The notes beneath the pieces are model-generated. The model made no database searches and was not told the origin of the DNA. It saw nothing but the letters and a program-made list of their open reading frames with translations. From an uncultured Actinomycetes bacterium (GTDB lineage: Bacteria > Actinomycetota > Actinomycetes > S36-B12 > CAIYMF01): a DNA stretch of 32,000 nt. This document shows, piece after piece, positions 25,464-31,640 of the stretch (its first letter is position 1; the number at the start of each line of letters is the position of its first letter). Location: positions 1,380,001 through 1,412,000 of the forward strand of contig CAWJMG010000001.1 of assembly GCA_963843975.1 (NCBI GenBank), read 5' to 3'. Position numbers and translations under genes: made by a program.

Positions 25464-26436
25464 ATGAGCGGCACCAAGACGACGGTCCGCGAGCACGAGG
25501 CCGAGCTCGTCGTCGAGTCGGTCGAGCGGGTGGCCGAGGGCGTCGTCGCCCTCACGCTCGTCGACCCCGACGGCGGCACGCTCCCCGCGTGGACTCCCGG
25601 CGCCCACGTCGATCTCGAGCTCGGCGACCTCGTCCGCCAGTACTCCCTGTGCGGCGACCCCGCCGATGCGCGGTCGTACACCGTCGCCGTGCTGCGCGAG
25701 CCCGAGTCGCGCGGAGGATCGGCGTACGTGCACGAGTCGCTCGCTGCGGGCAGCCGCGTGGTGGTGCGCGGACCGCGCAACCACTTCGCGCTCGTCTCAG
25801 CCGCGCGCTACCGCTTCATCGCCGGTGGCATCGGAATCACGCCGATGCTCCCCATGATCGCCGAGGCGGAGGCCATGGGCGCCGACTGGCACCTGTGGTA
25901 CCGCGGCCGCGCCCGCGCCGGCATGGCCTACTGCGACCTCCTCACGCAGTACGGCGACCGCGTCACGCTGCTGCCGGGCGACGAGACCGGCCCGCTCGAC
26001 CTGGCCGCCGTCCTCGCCGACCCGGGCGACGGCACCGTCGTCTACGCGTGCGGTCCCGAGCGGCTGCTCGTGGGCATCGAGGAGGTGTGCGCGGCCTCGT
26101 GGCCGGCGTCCGCCCTGCACCTCGAGCGCTTCGCGGCCAAGGAGATCGAGGCGCCGGCGGGCGGCGAGCGGAAGCTTCGAGCTCGAGCTCGCGGCCTCGG
26201 GCGTCACCCTCACCGTGCCGCCGGACAAGTCCATCTTCAACGTCGTGCTCGAGGCGGGCATCAGCGTGCTCGGCTCCTGCCACGAAGGCGTCTGCGGCAC
26301 CTGCGAGCAGATCGTGCTCGACGGCGACGTCGACCACCGCGACTCGGTGCTGAGCGAGTCCGAGCGCGCGGCCAACGACGCGATGATGGTCTGCGTCTCG
26401 CGCTGCTTCTCCGACCGCCTCGTCCTGGACCTGTGA
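25464..26436 (+). pseudogene. Phthalate-dioxygenase-reductase-type oxidoreductase (FMN/NAD/[2Fe-2S], VanB-like), frame broken by one extra base near 26169
   Basis: Frame 0 encodes RQYSLCG (flavin), GGIGITPMLPM (NAD) ... ERFAAKEIEAPAGGE. Frame 1, from 26170, continues GSFELELAASGVTLTVPPDKSIFNVVLEAGISVLGSCHEGVCGTCE...MMVCVSRC, a plant-type ferredoxin C-x4-C-x2-C...C. The length of 973 nt equals 3n+1. The ATG lies 2 nt after the P450 stop. Confidence 0.85.
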
Positions 26437-26440
26437 GGGG

Positions 26441-27502
26441 ATGGCCATGAGCTCTCCGCGCCGCGCCTTCTCCGCCGCCTTCCCGTCCGACTGCTGGTAC
26501 GCGCTCGCGCGCTCCGGCGACGTCGACCGGGAGCCGTTCGGCCTTCGGGCCCTGGGCCTCCCCGTCGTGCTCTTCCGCGCAGCCGACGGCAGGGCTGTCG
26601 CGCTCGAGGACCGCTGCGCGCATCGTGCCTACCCGCTGTCCGCCGGCGTCGTGGTCGAGGAGGGCCTGCGCTGCGGGCTCTGCGGCTTCGTCTACGACAC
26701 CGACGGCCAGTGCATCTCCGTGCCCACTCAGCCCCGCGTGCCGTTCGGCGCGAAGGTGGCGTCGTACCCCGTCCAGGAGCGCGACGGCCTGGTGTGGGTC
26801 TGGCTCGGCGAGCCCGGCCGGGCCCGCCTGGCCCGCGTGCCGGAGCTGGCGTGGCTCGACGACGAGGCATGGGCCGGCGTGGGCGGCTCTGCCGTCGTGG
26901 CTGCCGGCTACCTCCTGCTCCACGAGAACTTCGCGGACGTGACCCAGGTGCCGTTCGTCGCACCGGAGATCGCGCCCAGCGTGATCGCTGTCGCGCCGCC
27001 GCTCGACGTCGTCGTCACGGAGACCACCGTGACGCTGCGCCGCGAGTTCCCGCCCGCGCCGCTGCCGGCCTGGCAGGCCGATCTCCTCGGTGCCGGCGAC
27101 GCCGCGTTCGAGACGCTGCAGGAGGGCTACTTCCTCTCGCCGGCGGCATGGGTCGACCACTGGGACGTGACGGGCGCCGACGGCACGACGGCACGCCTGC
27201 GGTTCACGCACCTGGTGACCCCGCTCGACGAGGGACTCTCGCAGCTGCACTGGCAGGTGGACCGCGACTTCGCCGTGGGTGACGAGGGCGCGGACGACCT
27301 CATGCTCGAGATGTTCGGCGACTACTACGACCGCGTCCTGGCTGCGATGGAGACCGCGCAGGAGGTGCTCGACGTCGACGGCCGAGGCCCCGAGGTCAAC
27401 GTGGCGGCCGACGTCGCCGCGCTCAAGGTCCGCGAGATCGTCCTCGCCATGCTCGCCACCGAGTCCCCGGCAGTCGTCACGACCCGCCGAGCCCGCGTCT
27501 GA
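26441..27502 (+). CDS. VanA-like Rieske non-haem-iron oxygenase homologue with non-canonical metal ligands
   Basis: 353 aa (the alternative ATG 26447 is better spaced from GAGGGG). The N-terminal Rieske fold reads C-A-H-x16-C-G-L-C instead of C-x-H-x16-C-x-x-H. The catalytic-domain motif reads ENFADVTQVPFVAPE where relatives have N-x-x-D-x-x-H-x-x-x-x-H. Confidence 0.85.
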   Translation: MAMSSPRRAFSAAFPSDCWYALARSGDVDREPFGLRALGLPVVLFRAADGRAVALEDRCAHRAYPLSAGVVVEEGLRCGLCGFVYDTDGQCISVPTQPRVPFGAKVASYPVQERDGLVWVWLGEPGRARLARVPELAWLDDEAWAGVGGSAVVAAGYLLLHENFADVTQVPFVAPEIAPSVIAVAPPLDVVVTETTVTLRREFPPAPLPAWQADLLGAGDAAFETLQEGYFLSPAAWVDHWDVTGADGTTARLRFTHLVTPLDEGLSQLHWQVDRDFAVGDEGADDLMLEMFGDYYDRVLAAMETAQEVLDVDGRGPEVNVAADVAALKVREIVLAMLATESPAVVTTRRARV

Positions 27503-27533
27503 TGCCCGAGAACGACTCGAACGAGGAGAAGCC

Positions 27534-28334
27534 GTGTCCGAGCTGAAGGGGTTCGCCCCGCCGTACACCGTGAGCGGGCGCAGCGCGCTGATCCCGAACC
27601 CGCCGTGGTTCTACAGCGGCGACCTGCTCACGGTGGAGTACCGGACCGACGTCGAGAAGGTCCGGGCCCTGCTCCCGGCCGACGTCGAGCTCGCGCCGGA
27701 GGACCCGGGCGCGGTCGCGTTCATCTGGGCCGACTGGCAGTCGTGCTCGACCGGCGGCGAGGAGCTGCTCGACCCCGCGCGCTCGCAGTACAAGGAGGCG
27801 TTCGCCGTCGTCCGCTGCCAGTACGAGGGCGGCACCTACTCGCGCTGCGTCCTCATCTGGGTCACCACCGACTTCGCCATGGCGCGCGGCATCCATCAGG
27901 GCTACCCGAAGAAGCTGGCCTCGATCCACCAGACGCGCCCGATGCCGTACGGCAAGGGTGCGCCGCGTATCGAGGCCGGCGCGAAGTTCGGAGCGACGGT
28001 GGCCGCGTACGACCACCGGCTCGCCCAGGCGGTGATCACGCTGACCGGGCCGGCGGACTCCAACGGATTCGTCAACGCGCTCCCGATGCTGCACCACCGA
28101 CAGGTGCGGCCGATCGAGCGCGGCGCGGAGGGCTGGGCCCTCGACGAGGTGCTCACCATGAGCGGCGTCGGCTTCGAGGCCGGTCAGCCGTGGAAGGCCG
28201 AGGCGACCCTCGACCTGTTCGACTCCCCGTGGGACGACGTCGCCTCGACGCTGCCGGTGCGCGAGATCATCAGCGGGTACTACGTGCAGGTCGGCACGAG
28301 CTGGGACGGCGGTACGACGCTCGCCCACCGCTAG
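27534..28334 (+). CDS. Acetoacetate decarboxylase (ADC) family protein
   Basis: ORF 27279..28334 trimmed to GTG 27534, with GAGGAG 5 nt upstream. ADC-family features are PPYTVSGRSAL..., LTVEYRTDVEKVRALLP, YKEAFAVVRCQYEG and GIHQGYPKKLA (Lys-Lys pair retained). Confidence 0.82.
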   Translation: MSELKGFAPPYTVSGRSALIPNPPWFYSGDLLTVEYRTDVEKVRALLPADVELAPEDPGAVAFIWADWQSCSTGGEELLDPARSQYKEAFAVVRCQYEGGTYSRCVLIWVTTDFAMARGIHQGYPKKLASIHQTRPMPYGKGAPRIEAGAKFGATVAAYDHRLAQAVITLTGPADSNGFVNALPMLHHRQVRPIERGAEGWALDEVLTMSGVGFEAGQPWKAEATLDLFDSPWDDVASTLPVREIISGYYVQVGTSWDGGTTLAHR

Positions 28335-28343
28335 GAGGCGCGG

Positions 28344-28844
28344 CTACCTCGGGCGGACGCCCTTGTTCGCCACGATCTCGACGGCGTGCGGTGCCAGGGG
28401 CTTCAGCAGCGCCGTGGCGATGGTGCCGAGCTGGGACATCTGCTCGGGCGTGAGCACGTCCACCAGCAGCCGCCTCACCTCGCGGACGTGCGCGGGGGCG
28501 GACTCGACCATCTTGGCGAGGCCGGCGTCGGTCAGCACGGCCTCCACCGCGCGCGGGTCGACGGCAACCGGACGCCGCACGATGTACCCCTGCGCCTCGA
28601 GCCGCGACACGGCGTGCGACAGGCGCGACGGCGAGCCCGAGGCGAACTGCGCGAGCACGCTCATGCGCAGCGCGCGGTCCGGTGCGTCGCACAGACCAGC
28701 CATCACCTGGTACTCGAACGAGTTGAGGCAGGCGTCGCGCTTGAGCTGCGCGTCGACGGCGGCAGGGAGCGCCTCGAGCAGCATCGACACGGCGATCCAC
28801 GTGCTCAGCTCGTCCGGGCTCAGCCACGGAACGTCATCGGACAT
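28344..28844 (-). CDS. MarR family transcriptional regulator
   Basis: 166 aa with a winged-HTH core (MSVLAQFASGSPSRLSHAVSRLEAQGYIVRRPVAVDPRAVEAVLTDAG). Two Cys residues lie in the sensor region (DACLNS, GLCDAPD). Confidence 0.88.
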   Translation of the reverse strand: MSDDVPWLSPDELSTWIAVSMLLEALPAAVDAQLKRDACLNSFEYQVMAGLCDAPDRALRMSVLAQFASGSPSRLSHAVSRLEAQGYIVRRPVAVDPRAVEAVLTDAGLAKMVESAPAHVREVRRLLVDVLTPEQMSQLGTIATALLKPLAPHAVEIVANKGVRPR

Positions 28845-28870
28845 GGCGGGAGGGTAGCGGACAGCGGTAC

Positions 28871-28920
28871 TTGAATCTTCAACTCGGGCGGTCTACAGTT
28901 CGGCTAACTTGAAGGTTCAA
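28871..28920. promoter_or_regulatory. Two copies of ACTTGAA-NN-TTCAAC in the marR/doxX divergent region (candidate MarR operators)
   Basis: TTGAATCTTCAA lies at 28871-28882 and TTGAAGGTTCAA at 28909-28920. Centres are 38 bp apart in an AT-rich island. AAGGAGAG RBS lies before ATG 28935. Confidence 0.5.
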
Positions 28921-28934
28921 CACAAGGAGAGACC

Positions 28935-29309
28935 ATGAACGTCGCACTCTGGATCGTCGCCGGGCTGGTGGCCGCGGCGTTCCTCGGCGCCGGACTGATG
29001 AAGATCACCGGCAAGCGCGAGCAGATGCTCGAGCGCATGGCCTGGGTCGCCGACTACTCCCCGTCGCAGGTGAAGCTCATCGGCGTCGTCGAGGTGCTGG
29101 GCGCCCTCGGCCTCATCCTGCCCGCCGTCACCGGGATCGCCCCGATCCTCGTGCCGATCGCTGCGACCGGGCTCGTCATCACCTCGGTCCTCGCCGCGAT
29201 CATGCACATCCGTCGCGGCGACGGCGTCGGCTCGGCCGTGCCGGTCCTCGTGCTCGGCCTCCTCGCTGCGTTCGTCGCCTGGGGCCGCTTCGGTCCGTAC
29301 GCCTTCTAG
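28935..29309 (+). CDS. DoxX-family membrane protein
   Basis: 124 aa with four hydrophobic segments. The N-terminus MNVALWIVAGLVAAAFLGAGLMKI and overall layout are typical of DoxX-like proteins. Confidence 0.82.
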   Translation: MNVALWIVAGLVAAAFLGAGLMKITGKREQMLERMAWVADYSPSQVKLIGVVEVLGALGLILPAVTGIAPILVPIAATGLVITSVLAAIMHIRRGDGVGSAVPVLVLGLLAAFVAWGRFGPYAF

Positions 29310-29316
29310 TCCCTGC

Positions 29317-29357
29317 ATGACGAGGGGTCCCGCCGGTTCGGCGGGGCCCCTCGTCAT
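29317..29357. terminator. Bidirectional intrinsic-terminator-like hairpin (19-bp stem, 3-nt loop)
   Basis: ATGACGAGGGGTCCCGCCG-GTT-CGGCGGGGCCCCTCGTCAT has one G-U position. It lies between the convergent doxX stop (29309) and the gamma-glutamyl ligase stop (29370). Confidence 0.7.
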
Positions 29358-29369
29358 GGGCGGATGGGT

Positions 29370-30713
29370 CTACAGGTGGTACGCGTACTCGCGGAACTCC
29401 CAGTCGGTGACGAAGCGCGAGAACCGCTCGACCTCGTTGCGCTTGTAGGTCAGGAACGAGTTCACGAAGAACTCGCCGACCACCTGGGCCAGCGCGGTGT
29501 CGGCCTCGAGGGCGTCGAGCGCCTCGGGCAGCGACTGCGGCAGCATCGGGGCGCTCTCGGGGTCGTAGCCGTAGCCCTCGAGCGGTGCGGCGGGCTCGAG
29601 CTTGTCGCGGACGCCGAGGTAGATGGCGGCGCTCACCGCGGCCATGGCGAGGTACGGGTTGGCCGTGGCGTCGCCGAGGCGCACCTCCATACGGGCCGCC
29701 CCACCGCGCTCCGGCGGGATGCGGACCATCGCGCTGCGGTTGTCCAGGCCCCAGTCGATGAGCCAGGGCGCGAGGGTGTCCGGCCCGAACCGCTTGTAGG
29801 AGTTGATCGTCGGGTTGAGGATCGCGGCGAGTGCCGGCGCGTGGGCGAGGACGCCCGCGATGGCTGCGCGGCCGATCGCCGACAGCCCGTCCTGGCCCTC
29901 CGGGTCGCCGAACACGTTGGTGCCGTCGCTGTCCACGAGCGAGATGTGCAGGTGGAAGCCGCTGCCGCCCTCGTCGTTGAACGGCTTGGCCATGAACGTC
30001 GCGAGCATGCCCTCGTGGCGGGCGATCTCCTGGACGGCCGACTTCATGCGGAACGCGCGGTCGGCGGCGTCGAGCAGGTCGGAGTGGTTGAGGTTGATCT
30101 CGAACTGGCCGGGCGAGAACTCGTGGTTGGCAGCGGTCACCTGCAGCGAGGCGTCGCGCATGTAGCGCAGCATCGTCAGCAGCATGCCCTTCGGGTCGCC
30201 CTTGCGGCCGACGACGTACACGTTGCCGGGCTGGTCGGCGTACCGCCCCCACCCGGTGGTGCTCGCGGCGTCCTGCTCGAGGAGGTAGAACTCGAGCTCC
30301 GGACCGATCACCGCGCTGACGCCGAGCTCGCTCAGCTTGGCCGAGACGCGACGCGCGACCTCTCGCGGCGACTCCTCCGCCGCGGTGCCGCCGAGGACGG
30401 TCGTGTCGGCGAGGCACCAGGCGGCGCCCGGCTCCCACGGCAGCGTGGTGAGCGTGGTGAGGTCCGGCCGCGCGCTGATGTCGGGCAGGCCGCTCTCGAT
30501 GCCGCCCTGCACCGGGACGACGTCGCCCATGGGGGAGGTGTGGTAGACCGCGCGGCAGAACGCGATGCCGTGCCCCATGACGCTCGCCAGCTCGTCGATG
30601 AGGACGTCGCGACCGCGGTCGACACCGATCAGGTCGGGGTACGAGACGCGGATGACGTCGATGCCCTTCGCGCGCAGGTCCTCGACCAGGGCGGACACGT
30701 CGACGTTGTCCAT
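29370..30713 (-). CDS. Glutamine synthetase family protein (GlnA3 / PuuA-like gamma-glutamyl-amine ligase type)
   Basis: 447 aa. GS catalytic-domain motifs are GSGFHLHISL, NSYKRF and DNRSAMVRIP. There is no adenylylation-loop context of GSI. Size and sequence resemble the actinobacterial GlnA3 class. Confidence 0.88.
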   Translation of the reverse strand: MDNVDVSALVEDLRAKGIDVIRVSYPDLIGVDRGRDVLIDELASVMGHGIAFCRAVYHTSPMGDVVPVQGGIESGLPDISARPDLTTLTTLPWEPGAAWCLADTTVLGGTAAEESPREVARRVSAKLSELGVSAVIGPELEFYLLEQDAASTTGWGRYADQPGNVYVVGRKGDPKGMLLTMLRYMRDASLQVTAANHEFSPGQFEINLNHSDLLDAADRAFRMKSAVQEIARHEGMLATFMAKPFNDEGGSGFHLHISLVDSDGTNVFGDPEGQDGLSAIGRAAIAGVLAHAPALAAILNPTINSYKRFGPDTLAPWLIDWGLDNRSAMVRIPPERGGAARMEVRLGDATANPYLAMAAVSAAIYLGVRDKLEPAAPLEGYGYDPESAPMLPQSLPEALDALEADTALAQVVGEFFVNSFLTYKRNEVERFSRFVTDWEFREYAYHL

Positions 30714-30750
30714 GCGGATCTCCTTGCCATGGGGTGCTGACCGGGTCTAG

Positions 30751-30768
30751 TCGTTCGGGTACGAACGA
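30751..30768. promoter_or_regulatory. Palindrome TCGTTCG-GGTA-CGAACGA (candidate operator) upstream of the GS-family gene
   Basis: It has 7-bp perfect arms and lies 38 nt upstream of the ATG at 30713. A GAACGAT direct repeat follows (30763-30769 and 30774-30780). Confidence 0.45.
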
Positions 30769-30855
30769 TGGGGGAACGATAGTGGCCGTGCCGCCACGGG
30801 GGAAGGGGTCGGCGCAAACTGCCCGAGCCCTTGCGGGGCTGCGGGTCGGGCCATA

Positions 30856-30872
30856 TGTTCGGACCCGAACGA
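30856..30872. promoter_or_regulatory. Operator-like site TGTTCGGACCCGAACGA just upstream of the GATase1 gene
   Basis: GTTCGG-AC-CCGAAC has 6-bp arms. It abuts the GAGAGGAG RBS and lies 13 nt before GTG 30885. It matches the site at 24142-24158 at 15 of 17 positions. Confidence 0.45.
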
Positions 30873-30884
30873 GAGGAGCCGCCG

Positions 30885-31598
30885 GTGCGCGCGCTGTTCG
30901 TCCAGCAGGACCACGTCTCGCCCGTCGGGCCGGTCGGTGCGCAGCTCGAGGCGCGCGGGTACGACGTCGAGGAGTTCCTCGTCGTCCCCGAGAGCCGGTT
31001 CCACGACCCCAATGTGGCAGCGGTGTTCCCCGACCCGCGCGACTTCGACGTGATCGTGCCCATGGGCGCCCCCTGGTCGGTGTACGACCACGCGACGATC
31101 GGCGCCTGGGTGCTCGAGGAGCTGACGTTCCTGCGCACGGCGCACGACGCCGGCGTACCCGTCCTCGGGATCTGCTTCGGCGGCCAGGCGCTCGCCGCGG
31201 CGCTCGGCGGAGCGGTCGAGCGCGCGCCCGAGGCCGAGGTCGGCTGGTACGAGATCGAGAGCGACGCACCGGGCCTCGTCGAGCCGGGGCCGTGGTTCCA
31301 GTGGCACCACGACCGGTGGGTCGCGCCGCCCGGTGCCGAGGTCATCGCCCGTACTCCCGTCGCGCAGCAGGCCTTCACGATCGGTCGCAGCATGGGCGTG
31401 CAGTTCCACCCCGAGCTCACCCCGGAGCAGCTGCAGGGGTGGCTCGACAACGGCGGCAGCACTTACCTCGAGGCGCACGGCGAGGACGCCGGGGCGCTGC
31501 TCGAGGTCACCGAGCGGACGGCGTCTGCCGCGCAGGCCCGCAGCCGGCTGCTGGTGGACCGGTTCCTCGACCAGGTGGCCTCGCGGCCGCAGGGGTGA
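30885..31598 (+). CDS. Class I glutamine amidotransferase-like hydrolase (PuuD / gamma-glutamyl hydrolase-like)
   Basis: ORF 30831..31598. GTG 30885 is preferred (GAGAGGAG 6 nt upstream); ATG 30855 is an alternative. The nucleophile Cys is in VLGICFGGQALA and the His-Glu pair in VQFHPE. Confidence 0.82.
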   Translation: MRALFVQQDHVSPVGPVGAQLEARGYDVEEFLVVPESRFHDPNVAAVFPDPRDFDVIVPMGAPWSVYDHATIGAWVLEELTFLRTAHDAGVPVLGICFGGQALAAALGGAVERAPEAEVGWYEIESDAPGLVEPGPWFQWHHDRWVAPPGAEVIARTPVAQQAFTIGRSMGVQFHPELTPEQLQGWLDNGGSTYLEAHGEDAGALLEVTERTASAAQARSRLLVDRFLDQVASRPQG

Positions 31599-31604
31599 TC
31601 CGAG

Positions 31605-31621
31605 CGTGCGGGCCCGAACGA
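31605..31621 (+). promoter_or_regulatory. Operator-like site CGTGCGGGCCCGAACGA upstream of the terminal MarR gene
   Basis: It belongs to the same motif family as 24142-24158, 30751-30768 and 30856-30872 (cGTTCGG-NN-CCGAACGA). It lies 20 nt before GTG 31641. Confidence 0.35.
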
Positions 31622-31640
31622 CTCTCGTAGACTCGCGGAC

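Noticed and set aside
4060-26180. Programmed ribosomal frameshifting was considered as an explanation for the three frame breaks.
   Set aside because: There is no slippery heptamer, no conserved stimulatory structure that I can see, and the three gene families are unrelated. Mutation or assembly indel is far more likely. The homopolymer case (22367-22371) especially fits an indel.
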